Position numbers and translations under genes: made by a program
In this document: positions 38,693-50,619 of the stretch, piece after piece
Position numbering within the stretch: the stretch's first letter is position 1
Layout: the number at the start of each line of letters is the position of its first letter
The notes under the pieces: generated by a model
What the model was told of the DNA's origin: nothing
Databases searched by the model: none
Seen by the model: only the letters and a program-made list of their open reading frames with translations
Origin: Lama guanicoe
Taxonomy: Eukaryota
Direction of reading: 5' to 3'
DNA length: 64,000 nucleotides
NCBI GenBank assembly: GCA_013239625.1
Contig: MU055770.1
Coordinates: forward strand, 5,393,976-5,457,975

Positions 38693-38835
38693 GGGGGGGG
38701 GGGTAGCTCAGTGGTAGAACGTGTGCTTAGTGTGCCCAAAGTCCTGGGTTCAATCCCTAGTACCTCCATAAAAAAATTTTTTTAATCAAGTAAATAAACC
38801 TAATGACCTTTCCCTCCCCACAAAAAGAAAACAAG
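38693..38835 (+). mobile_element. tRNA-derived SINE (camelid vic-1-like)
   Basis: G-run, A box tagctcagtggtag, B box ggttcaatccc, tail aaataaacctaatgacc and an A-rich end. Confidence 0.88.
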
Positions 38836-39639
38836 ATTGTTCATCACTGTTCAGAACAAAGAAGAATCAGCACAGAGCCATTCTACCCATTAAAATCACA
38901 AAGCACACATATCAACAGGTGGTAAATCGGCAGAAGCATATTTGCAAGTGAAAAAAAACTCCTTTAAGAACAATCACAATACACTGAATAGAACTGCATT
39001 ATTGAGGTAAGAAGACAAAGACAGCAAACCCCAAAAACACCACCCATTTTCTCCGGAGTGTATATATTTAAATAAAGGTATACTTAGCTCCTAACGCACG
39101 TAGCTGCTAAATACATGGGAAACTTACGGAATCTCTTGGGCTCACTTGGGAAGTTTAAAAGGCTCATCTAAAACAAAAGTTCCTCTCTCTACTCAGCCTT
39201 ATGGAACCTAAGTTTTAACAATAAAATGATGCTGACTTCTAGAACAAATTAAGTATATTAAAAAGATGGAACTATAATTGTTACATTGATGTGATCCATG
39301 GTGGTAGCTCCTGAATACATAAGGAAAAGTAACAGGAACTGGGGGGAAATTACAGCAAAGCTTAAGAGCCCAGAAAAGTTTCAGGAACTGGAACCAGAGA
39401 GAGAATTAACCAAACATGTTGGTATAAGATAAAAAATATGGAAACCAGGAGATAATACATCAAATGATTTAGAAGGTAAAGAGAAGAAAAAGCAGAAGTG
39501 ATGACAATCAAATCAAATCAGTAATTTTTTTGAAGTTATATACAGAATGCTCGAGGGGTACTTGTACCCAATGGTGAGGGAAATCAGAGAATTAACAGAA
39601 CAAACAAGATGAGCAGCCTGAAGAAATCTGGGTTAATAA

Positions 39640-41560
39640 ACTTCATAGACCAGGTTCTAATGAAGTAGGTTCAAGAGGTTCAAAGAGAAAAGGGACACAG
39701 TCACATCGAGAGACTCCTAAAATGACAGCTGAATTCAGAGGGTCGGGATGTATTATATTTAGATTTTAGGAAAGCATTTGACAAACCTTTAGGACATCTT
39801 TAACCTACTAATCATAGTTGTATGCAAGTTCCTGTGTAACAGCTCCACCACCTGGATCATCTCTAAATTTGGCTCTGTGGATTGCTTTGTCACTTGACAA
39901 TGGATTATCTCTCTTGGTTTTGTGTGTGTGTCATAACTTTTGTCTGAATGCTAGATGTTAAGTGTAGGAAAAACAGTGAAGACTGAGGTCAGCTGTGTTC
40001 GTGCCCTGAATAGACACACGTCTTTTTCCTTTGGGCGTTAGTGTTGGGAATAAGTCACCCTACTCAGTAGTTGAGCTGGACTGAGGTTTTGTTTCGCTCC
40101 AGCAGCCTTCAGTGCATCCCAGACCACGGAGTGGGGGCTGCTGTTAGCCTGTGCCTCGTGTGGGGTCTGAGGAGCCTGCGGGACTTCCTCAGTGTGTCCG
40201 CCCTGCTCTCAGTTCCGAGCGGGTCCTGTGTGCCTGCACTTCCCGGGGTTGGGGTTATCGCTCTCCGCAGTCTTGCTCCTCCCCCTGCAGTAATCAGCTG
40301 CTGCTCCTTGGAGGGAGGAGAAGCCTCCAACTTAGGAAAGATTCTTGCAGCTGGCCTCCCAGATGGGGCTATCTCCTCACTCCTCCGTCTCCTCCCACAT
40401 CTCCCACCCGCCCCGCATCCCCCACCATGGCAGCCAAACCCTGCCTTGGATCTATGAGGAGTCCTGCATGGAGAGAGTTTCCAGCCCTTCCCAGTGGGAG
40501 GAGACCTCTCTTTGCATCATTGCACGCTCTTGAGCCAGACAGGTTTCCCTGCCTGTCCCCAGAGGCAGGTGGCTTTGCTCAGATATGGAAGTTCTGTAGA
40601 TTTCTGTGTTTTTCTCATTTTTAGCATGAAGGTAGCATTCTCTTTAAGCTTCTTCACCCTACGTGGAATGATGGAGATAGGGCTGCAAATGCCCAGAAGA
40701 GTCTAGGTAGATAGATATTATATTGTTAAACTAGCCTAGGAGTAAGAGATGTGGATTATAGCTGAATGGAGAATGCATGACCTACCCTAGGGTATTTTAA
40801 TATTTTTTAAAAAATTACTTAAATCAAAAATATCTTTTGAATTTAACTGACAAGTCGTGATCCCTGTGACCCCTGGTTAAGACATCTGCAGAGTTAGATG
40901 CATCCAAACCTGGTTGAGCACCTGTTTGATGCATAATTAAAGAGAACTTTAAAATGTATCATTTTCAACCTGAAAGGAAATTCCCACTGCCATGCCCAGG
41001 AATCTCTACTGAACCCTGTGCTATTTCCAATATTTTAATTAATGTTTTGATGAAGACAAAAGAAGCATGGTATTTCAATTTTTCCATGAAACTAAACCAA
41101 GAGTTATTGCTGTAACACTTCAGAATCAGGATTTGTGGTCATTGGCAAGTTAAAATAAAGGGGCTAAGGATGCATAAACGTAAAGCTCTAAAAGTGAGCT
41201 TGCTAAATCGACTTCAAATATACAGGTGCATAGGACTGGTGATATCTGACTTAATAATAGAAGTTCGTGTCCAAATGACCTTACGATTTCTAATAGGTGC
41301 AAATTCAGCAAGTCGAAAGAATGACATAGTTACCCAAAAGAGCTCCTTCACCTTAGGCTGCATCAGTGAAGGACAGAGTTCTGGATAAAAGAAGCCTTTA
41401 TCCCACTGATTAGATACATGTGTGGGGTGTCCTGTTGCCATGTTTCGCAAGAGTCACTGACTTACTGGAATTTAGGAAGATGGCCAGGATGATAGTGGGA
41501 GGAACAGCTGAGTCAGAATGTTAACTCGAGAAAGGGAAACCTGAAAGAACAGAACAGTAT
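39640..41560 (+). mobile_element. L3/CR1 reverse transcriptase remnant split by an L1
   Basis: 39747-39785 encodes DVLYLDFRKAFDK (CR1 RT motif); about 41000-41100 is a degenerate GSVLGPVLFNIFINDLD...KFADDTKL region. Confidence 0.7.
39825..40640 (-). mobile_element. Old L1 5' region, GC-richer
   Basis: ctggatcatctc...gattgctttgtc...cataacttttgtctgaatgctaga...aacagtgaagactgagg resembles an antisense L1M 5' UTR. Confidence 0.55.
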
Positions 41561-42921
41561 CTTCAGGTGACAGAAAAGAACAGAGGTGGGGGCAGGGGGT
41601 GAGACAGGATTTGGCCACTCAGATCAGAAGTTACTCAAAACAGTCATTAATGTACTGAGATTAGATGGGACGGATGTAATAGCATGTGTTATTTGATATG
41701 TTGTTACATTCGGGGTAAGGAAGACAGACATTTTCCCCTCTGGTCACACAAAAAACTAATGATTAGTGAAATGGGATACACGTTTGTATCCTTCACTGTT
41801 AGTTAATGTAAGAAGATTTGTGTGATATCTCAGAGCAGAGGAACAACAAAGAAGTTCTCTCAGCGTAACGAGAGAGTGGTGAATTGTATAGACTAAGACC
41901 AACAATATGATTATGACTCAAATATTAATTTTTCAAGTAGAAGATTGGAGATTTTCAAAGAAAATTAATCTTTAAATTGGTGAAGTAGATTTGACTTTAG
42001 ATATTCATAAAGCCTAGAAGGAAATGGCTGTAGTACGGGTTATTCTTTATCCTCATCATCATCCATGAAAAGACAGCTCACTCTTCCCACCTCTTGAGGA
42101 CCAGCATTAGACAGGGAACCCAGAATTCACCTCCCTTCTCAGAGAGGCGATACCTGGGTGGAGGAGAAAGGCAATCAATTTTTAGCAGAGGACAGAAGGT
42201 TCAAATTTTTCAAGACGCAGTCAGGACTGATGGTACTGGGAGTTCATTATATTTCTAGGGGGTGGTTTGTGGTCCCAGAGAAACAGGAGATGGGATAAAA
42301 GCCATTATCTTTGATGGGGTAATAGGTTGAAAGAAAGCTTCAAGGGCAGACTTCTGAGCCACAGGAAGCATTTACTCACTGTGACCATCAGGAGAAAAGT
42401 AAGGGTCATCCTCCCTGAGTTACACCCTTCTGCCCTGAGTAGTAGACACATGTCATGTACAAAAATTTTTTTAAAAAGTGGGAGGGGGGCAGTCCACACA
42501 GGAAACAGATATGAACTTGGTTTAAAAAAAAAAAACAGCCTTCCAGTTCATTATACTTTAATGAACATGTGTAAAGAAAAGATTATTGAATGTAAAACCA
42601 TGGTACCAGACAGAAGTATCTTAATTTCTAAGGAGTCTGGGAGCTGACAGAAGCGTGGCACTGAATTTACAACTACTAATCCGCGAACACAGAGAGTTAC
42701 TGTCGCAGGTTAGACGCTTCAGTCTCCTTAGCAAGTTTGATGAACGTGAGAAACAAGCAGGGCTCCAATCAAAACACGTGCCAAAGTGGGGACCGTGCAG
42801 AAAAAGAAAGGAACACAACTCAGTAGAAAACCCTGTATCATGGAGAATACTTGCCCCCTAAATGTGACGTTATGGCACACATACGTGTACACACACACAC
42901 ACTTTTTAATCCCTTGTGGAC

Positions 42922-43502
42922 AAAGAGTGTCGCCTGCCTTTTGTTATTTGTAACAAGCCCTATTTAACCACACCTGAGTCTATATTTATGAGGTGACATT
43001 TGGAAGCCCCTAAGGAGGGTTGGCAAGGGAACCAACCATGATTAGAGGGTGGAGACTTTTTCTGTCACCTCCAGGGAAGGGAAAGGGGCTGAAGGTTGAA
43101 TCAATCACCAGTGGCAAATGATTCAATTAACCATGCCTCTCTGAAGAAACCTCCATAAAAACCCACCAGGATGGAGTTTGGAGAGCCTCCAGGTTGGGCA
43201 CACATCCACATGCTGGGACGGTGGTGCACCCCAGTTCCATGGGGACAGACACTTCTGCACTCAGGATCCCTATGGACTTTGCTCTGTGCACCTCTTCATC
43301 TGGCTGCTTGTCTGCATCCTCTAGAATACACTGGTACAGGTGAGCATTTTTCACCTTTATGGCCCTGGAGCTATTTCAGGAACTGGAAACAAAAGATGCT
43401 CTATAGCTCTATTGCTTGGGAAATTGCAAAGGTTTTAGGCACTGCGTGCCACGAACCATGGACAAGTCCAAATATATATTTATCATAAATCACAGTATCA
43501 CA
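42922..43502. mobile_element. MER21-like LTR, two pieces in opposite orientation
   Basis: + piece: aacaagccctatttaaccacacctgagt...gaaacctccataaaaaccc; - piece 43347-43502 reverse-complements to tgtgatactgtgatttatgataaatatatatttgg, the LTR 5' start. Confidence 0.75.
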
Positions 43503-44131
43503 GGAAGGCACAGAGCAGAAGTCACTCTGTCAAGAATGCTGAGAAGGAGATTCACATCTGGTGGAAGAGGATGAAGTCAGAGTTCTTTACTAACACTCAG
43601 ATCCTATGTTTTACAGAAAAAAAAAGAAAATAGAAGTGAGAAAGTTTAGAGAACATGCTTTATAATGAATCAATTGATCTAACAACTATTGTTATAAAAT
43701 ATATTGAAACAATGGATGCAGGGGTCTCCTGAGAGCAGGACATCATTTCTGTGATTTCCCTGCCAAAACTGCATAACCTGAATCTAATCATCTGGAAATA
43801 ACAGAGAAGCTTCGATGGAGAGACATTCTACAAAATAACTGACCTATAATTTTCAAAAATGTCAAGGTCAAAAAGCAAAATAAATACAGAGGCAACATTC
43901 CAGTTTAAAGACACCAGAAAGACTTGACAATTAAATGCAAATTGTGATCCTGGAAGATAGCTATAAAGGAGATTACAGGAATAGTTGATGAAACTTGCAT
44001 ATGGACTATGGATTAGATAATAGTATTGAACACACGTTAAATTTCTTGATATGGTCATTGTACTGTGGTTGTGTAAGAGAATGTCTTTGTTTCTAGGGAA
44101 TAAATTCTGACGTATTTAATGGTAAAGAATG

Positions 44132-44587
44132 TGAAGGGGAGCAGAATAGGTCGCCCCTAAAAGTACCACTTTGGCGTGTGGATTATTTTGAGCTGAAGGT
44201 AATCTAGATCCAGCCAACTGGAGAAAATCTTTTACCTCTCGGTTAACTGTTTAAAAGAATTTAAATGGGGGCCTGCCAGAAAGAGAGCTATTTCCAGAGA
44301 TAACTTTTTATCTGAAGGACTTATCTACATGGCAGGGCAAACATCTAATTACCAGACATCTGCTCTCCTCCCCTTTCAAGCCCCAGGGCCATACCTCACT
44401 CCTTAGCCAGGATGGCATAAAAGCCCCAGTTATCTGACTGCCTTTGGGTTTCACACATTTTTATGGGAATCACATACTTATGAAACTAAATTTGTTTTTG
44501 TCCTGTTAATTTGTCTTACATCAACATAATTTTCAGACCAGCCAAAGAACCTAGAAGGGAAGGAGGGAAACATTTTCTGCCCCTGCA
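44132..44587 (+). mobile_element. ERV1 solo LTR (MER34/MER39-like)
   Basis: tgaagggg...ccactttggc..ggattattttgagctgaagg...aagaacctagaaggg...cccctgca; TG...CA termini. Confidence 0.8.
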
Positions 44588-44589
44588 GG

Positions 44590-44931
44590 GATTAAATTAA
44601 TTAAACAAGGAGGCATGAGACTGAGGTGGTGCTAACACCTTGCATAGCAGCCTATACAGGCAAACTAAAACCTGAGTCTGGACGGGCCTCAGGGTTAAGA
44701 AATCAAACCCAGGACAAGCTACCACAAACAGCCAACGAGTCTTTTCCAAATAAGGCAAAGCTTCAGCTACAGCCAATCGAACAATTTCCCTGCTTCGCTT
44801 TTACCTTTTCTCTAAGTACGTCTCTCCCCAGCTCCTGTCAGTGAAGCGTTCTGGTTTGGCACTGCCAATTTGAACTGATTTTTGCTTGAACCCTTGAAAT
44901 TTTGTTAATATGCCTCAGCTTATCTATTGAC
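44590..44931 (+). mobile_element. Second ERV1-type LTR abutting the first
   Basis: attaaacaaggaggc...ccaaataaggcaaa...cagccaatc...ttaatatgcctcagcttatc. Confidence 0.62.
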
Positions 44932-47159
44932 GAGGGGTATGATGTCTGCAACTTACTCTCAAGTGGTTTAGAAAAAAGAGAGAGAGCAAGTGGGACAAAA
45001 CATAAGCAATCGATGAATACGGACAGGGCATCCAGGAGTTCCTCGGACACACATCCATTCCTTGTTCAGAAACTTGCTATGTTTCTGTACGTTTAAAATT
45101 GTATCTGAATAAAAAGTTATTTAAAAATGAAGGAGTTGGATTCACTTCCGTAAGGGTCGGAAGGTAAAAGAGAACAGACAAGTTAAAATGTTAAAACTAC
45201 CCTGACTATCTAATTTTGGGGTTCCTATCAAACTACTTTCCTTTGGATAACAAAGACTTCTGGCTGTACGCCATTGAAGGAACACAGGTCCAAAGGAGTT
45301 TAACAAGATCCAAACAGGAAATACCAAGAGCCACTTCCAAACTCTGAGGCTGATGGCAAAAAATACTCCCCCCCTTTCCCTGCCTTCACCACCGCCAACC
45401 CCCAGCCAAGAAGGCCCTCTAGCGACTACTTCAATCCACGCTCTGAAAGAAGCTTTAGAAAATGAGTCTAGAACGTTCAGAATGTATTCCAGAAAATTAG
45501 GAAAACGTTTTCTTAAAGAGCTATTTATTAAAACTTTTCATAGAAATTAACTTTCACCTTGTTAAACACCCTATGAGTTGTGGGTCTTCAAATATCAGGA
45601 GGCGCCAACAGGCTCTGAGCACCTGCTAAGTGCCAGTGGAATCAGGAAGCAGAGGTAAGTGGGGAGCAGAGAGGTAAATACTGGCCCAGGTCAAACGTGA
45701 AGGACGTGACACAAGACAGGATAGAGCTGAGGTGTCTTTCTCAAGAGCCCATGTTTACCCCTTAATCAGTCTGCTCCAGAGATACTAGCGTTCCTGAGTC
45801 CACTCCACGGTATTTTGCAAGGTGTCTCAATTTCATTGCCAATACGGCCCTGCAAGAGTGGTGCTGTCATGTCTGCTTTTACACATACGCTCTTAGTCTG
45901 AAGCTGAGACTAAGAGCGAACAATACTGACTCAAATTCACAAAAGCTGGGAAGTCACAGAGGCAAAATACTAACACAGTTCTGCACAACTGCAAAACCCA
46001 CATCCCTCTTACCCCTCCAGGCAGCACAAACAGACTGCATTGTGGAGAACTGAGTATCATCAAGAAAATGGTAACTGAGTGAACCTCAAGCTCTAACTAA
46101 TTTTACATCATCTCATGGGAATTTTAATAAAACAGCTCTCAAGACAAAAGGTGATTTTTTTTCTAAACAGTCAGAAAACTTTTTTAAATTTTACTCAAAA
46201 ATGTACACACACTCACACACCAGACCTGTGACCTTTCCCCACCCCAGTTATTATTCCTGGTGTTCTCTCTCCTCCTTCCCTCCTCCCTTCCTCTGTCTCA
46301 GTCTCTTCCCTCTGTTTCTCTCTCTCTCTGTTTTTCCCTCCCTCTTTCTCCTTTTTTCTTCTCTCCTCCTACAGATTCGTTGTATAAAAAGGTTACAATG
46401 GTTCCTGCTGCCCCCTAGTGGTCTCATTTTGGAAGTGACAGTCACGTTAGGAAAACCAGCAGAAACTTTTGTAGACAGTAATAATAAAATGACACTTTTA
46501 GTCCTTTAGAGGTTATGGAGACAGTGGGCTGTGGAGATAAGAGGAAAGTGCCTGTCATCACTGGCAAGTTATCTGCCCTCACAGTGTTTAAGCAAACGCA
46601 CCCATAAAGTGGAGGTTAAAAACATCTCCTGGTTGTATTATGGGTTGAGATCATGATAAAAGGTCTTAAAGCAGAGTACACTCTCCAAAAAAGGTAATTA
46701 CTATCACTTTATTTATTTTTGACATCTACACGGTGACGGAAACAGGCTTAGACAGCTTGTAGGGTTTTTAGTTAATTCAGCTAGCAAGCTGCAGAACTAG
46801 ACCCATAATCCAAGTTTTCAGACTCTTTTTATTTCTCTTTGTGAAACCTCAATATCCCAAATTAACAGTTGATAATGAGGAATTTTAGAATTATTAAGGT
46901 CTTAAAGAGATATTTTCATGCACTACTCATGTTTTCAGTTAAGTCCAAAAACATATACATTTCATTGATTAGTGATCACACCTCTAAAACTGGGGCTTTA
47001 AAAATTGCAAGAAGAAAACCGCACAAACATTTATGTCCAAAACATGATCACAAACCATTGTTTATAATAGTACAAAGTTGAAAACAGGCTAAATATAAAA
47101 TATTTATTCAATAAATATTTGGTACAAATAATAATCATTGCTTCTCTTTATTAAACAAT

Positions 47160-47360
47160 TTATCAGCACCAGGTGCTGTTTTAAGGGTTTTAAATGTATC
47201 AAAGCATTCAGTAAGGTAGGTACTATTATCAACTCCTCTTAGCCTACGAGGAAACTGAGTAGCAGAGAAGTACCTTGCACAAGCTCAGACATTAAGTAGT
47301 TGGGCCAGGAACTGAACCCAGGTGTCTTTCTCAAGACTTCAGATTCTACTCACTAACCAA
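47160..47360 (-). mobile_element. MIR SINE
   Basis: ggtaggtactattatc...gaggaaactgag...ggaactgaacccagg. Confidence 0.7.
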
Positions 47361-48688
47361 TCTGCTTTTGACACAGTGCAGTCCATGGATCCATCCCATA
47401 TGTCACTGTATGGTAGCAGCAATGGTAGGATATTGTACAGTCATAAAAAAATCATGTTTTTAATGAATATTAAATTATATGGGGATGTGCGTACGTTAAA
47501 ACACTAAGGGAAAACACAGCATGCAAAATCACGAACATAATTTCAGTGTATGTGTGCTCATCTGTGTGTGTGTGTGTAAAACCAAAATCTAAAGCTAAAT
47601 AGTACCTTCATTCTGCAATTTCATTCTGTCTTTATGTTTTCCTAGATATTCTGAACTTTTGTAATGAGACATAACTGCTGTGATCATCAGAAATTTCAGA
47701 TTAAAAAAATTAGGATGGTGAAAAAAATACCAGAATTTCCGGGAACAAGATTTAGTTTCCCTTCACAGCTAAAGAATGAATCAGAAAGTGTACATGGGAA
47801 AGATTTGCAAGAAAAACAACTCTCCCACGGATTGGGAATAGGGGAAGGATGTTCAGGCTACAAAGTGTCCAAGAGAGTGCTGCATAGGACACCTGCGCTG
47901 AATGAACTCGGCGTGATGGAACCTGTTAAAAATACTGGTTGATGTCACCTACTTTTAGGTGCCGTCAGCTATTCAGACACTACAGTCTTCTGACTGTAGT
48001 CATTTGGATTTCCTACAGACTGAAATAGTGAAGACTGAGGATCTGACGCTTTCAGTCAGAAGAAAAAACACAGAAGAGCTGTGGCCCCAACAGGTATAAT
48101 TTCTGGAGTGGACAATATCAAAGGTATGGTGGGAAAGCAGCAAAGAGAGCCTTCTTTCTGACAGTAACCCTACTGTTCTGCTTCGTGACAGCCCCTCCTG
48201 GGCAGGGCCTTTCAGCAGCACCAGATGAGCCCAACACAGGCCCACCTTAAGGTGGCATCTTCCCAGGGACCTGCACCAGCCAATCACGTCACTCAGGATG
48301 GACGGCTGCAGCACGAGATAACCCCACTTGGCGCCAAGCACTGTACAACGTGTGCCTTGTTCTGCTTTCCTAAGAAAGTTAAGGCTGAGCTGGTGAGCCT
48401 GACCCTTAACAGGCCTTTGGAATTCCCCTGCATACAGGCTACATTAGGATTTTTTTTCCATTGGAAACGAACTTGAGTTTACTTTAGAAGCCCTTATTTG
48501 GTGCACAAGTCTGGGTATCTGACAGAGATTTCAGCTTTGCAAGTGAGTTGGGGTTGATTCCTTCTCTGGGAAAAACTGCTGGTCACTCTGGTCCACAGAA
48601 GTCTCAACACAGACGTAGACAAGGAAGGTTCTTGCTGGGACTTAGCCAAAGAAAACTCCAGAGGAACGCTCTGAGAACTCATTTCAGG

Positions 48689-48871
48689 ATGAAGCTGCAA
48701 GGGCAAAGAAGGGCTTCTGACACAGACAAATGCTGTCCACGGACCCACAGACGCCCGCGGACTCCTCTCCCAGCGACTGCAGCCCTGGCGGTGAGAATCC
48801 GGCCCTTGAGAGGGCAGCTTCCTCTCGTGCTGCTGCTCTCCACCCTGCAGAGGCCCACGGTGAGCTCTGAG
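48689..48871 (+). CDS. ART4: ART4 exon 1 (signal peptide); start codon uncertain (ATG 48689 or GTG 48791)
   Basis: MKLQGQRR...VRIRPLRGQLPLVLLLSTLQRPTVSSE aligns with recalled human MRIWLLGGLLPFLLLLSGLQRPTEGSE; donor GAG|gtggga in phase 0 matches exon 2. Confidence 0.78.
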
Positions 48872-50619
48872 GTGGGAGGCCACGGGGGAGGCGGTCTCTC
48901 TACCATCAGTCCCCAACAGAGCATTCTCCTGGTGACAACTTTTGAATGACCTTGAGTTCCTTGGGATAGCATTTCATTTAGACATTTTCACAAGTCATGC
49001 TAGCAAAGAGGGTCAAAAACAAACCGTGGTGTTCCTTACAGTTTCTAAATTTGGCATTATGGAAGCTAGAGGCTTGAGTCTCCATAAAATTTAAGTAAAA
49101 CCCTGATTCTGTCAGACAAATAATGCAAAATAAATCAAGTCGATTTGGCTTTAGACTGTATCATATGGATTAACTCAAAAGAAGCCTTATAAAGTTTTAT
49201 GTAATGAAAAATAACTCATGTTAACAGATAGAATACACATTTGAAATCTAGTAATATATTAAAGTTTGAGAGTTTGTGAAATTTGACAGAGCATTTTTTT
49301 TTATTTTGTTTTGGTTTAAATAGATTCTGTAGAACTATTTGCAAACAGGCTGCAAAGTTAGCAGTTAAAATCATTTAAGCAGTCCTAAAATTTTGTTCCA
49401 GTTTACTCGCGACTAGATGAAGTCTCATCATAAATGACGCAGTAAAAATACCAAAAGGTGCATTTCTGAATTCCAGCTGCTACATTCTTGACATTAACTG
49501 GCTGGATTCTGATCTCTTAACATGTTCTTTAATAAGTACTGGTTATTAGAAAAGCATCCTTTCTTTGCCAAAACGGAAACATCTTGGAATTTAGATAACT
49601 GAAAATATGGCTCTAAATTACAGACTGATGATACTTAACGGACCTGTATTCAAATCTCTAACTTCAACTGAACATGACACAAATCAATAAGTAACATTCA
49701 ATTGGCTACCCATGAGAAAATGTCTTTTCCCCACTTTCGATTTCCACTCCGGGTTCCTAAGAGGAAGGACTTTCCCAGGAAGACTCCTGACCACTGTCCA
49801 ACCCTTCCCTCATGCCGCTCCCCTGGAGGTGGGCGAATTCACTTGATCAGTAAAGTCAGAAAGGATAAATGGATATGCTGAGTTTGACTCTGCTCTTCTT
49901 CCTCCTGGGAGTCAGCCTGATGGCAAAAGTGTGAGTTCTGTATTCCTCCATGATAAGAATCTAACCTGAACAGACTGCAGTCCAATACTGCCCACGGCTG
50001 GGTGGGCGAGTCAGCCTCATTCTGAGGTTTACACTTAACAAGCCCACCAGTCATCAGACCTAAAGGTGTGTGCTCCAACATGGCTCACTTATTAGTAAAA
50101 ATTATACTTTAGCCTTTTTTTTCTCATTTTTTTCAGGTCCTACGTGGAGAGAAGGCTGTCATTAACTAGGGGTCCCCTTGGAGAACTGAACATTACTCAT
50201 CACTTAAATCTTTTCTTAAATAAATTCCAAAGATTTCATACAGGTTTTAGGTAGTCATAAAAGAGATCTGCCTTAAAATATTCATGACAGATTGTGAAGG
50301 GGTCAGGAGAAGAAACAGAAAGTATAATTAAACTTTAACATTGTTTGTTTTTTCCTTAAATGCTCAATATGCAAAAAGACTGTTCTCAGTGATATAAAAA
50401 AAGGTCACTTCCTCCCTGGATTTTTTGAGGTTTTGAAATGAAGGTTTTTTTGTGCTTTCAGTGATATTTGTCAAACAAAATTCAATCTCTAGTGTGGGTC
50501 ACTGACACAGGATGGACTGGAGCAGTGTAATGATCAAGAGTGAAACGTGCTTCAGCAAATACTGATTTTGAGTAGACAACTTGGTCTTAGAGTATAGCAA
50601 ATCTGCTATCACACTATAC

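Larger units (their letters stand above)
43720..45125 (+). mobile_element. L1MC-like 3' UTR interrupted by LTRs
   Basis: cataacctgaatctaatcat...acattctacaaaataactgacc...gtaagagaatgtctttg; resumes at about 44933 with ggggtatgatgtctgcaacttactctcaa. Confidence 0.75.

Noticed and set aside
40071-40706. Cluster of overlapping ORFs in a GC-richer patch
   Set aside because: Lies in a probable old L1 5' region, where GC richness lengthens ORFs; too few CpGs for an island.
23300-48000. Osteocalcin-like or second Gla gene remnant near MGP
   Set aside because: No ExC-x5-C Gla-type motif seen in the ORF track or by eye; TBLASTN would be needed to exclude a decayed copy.
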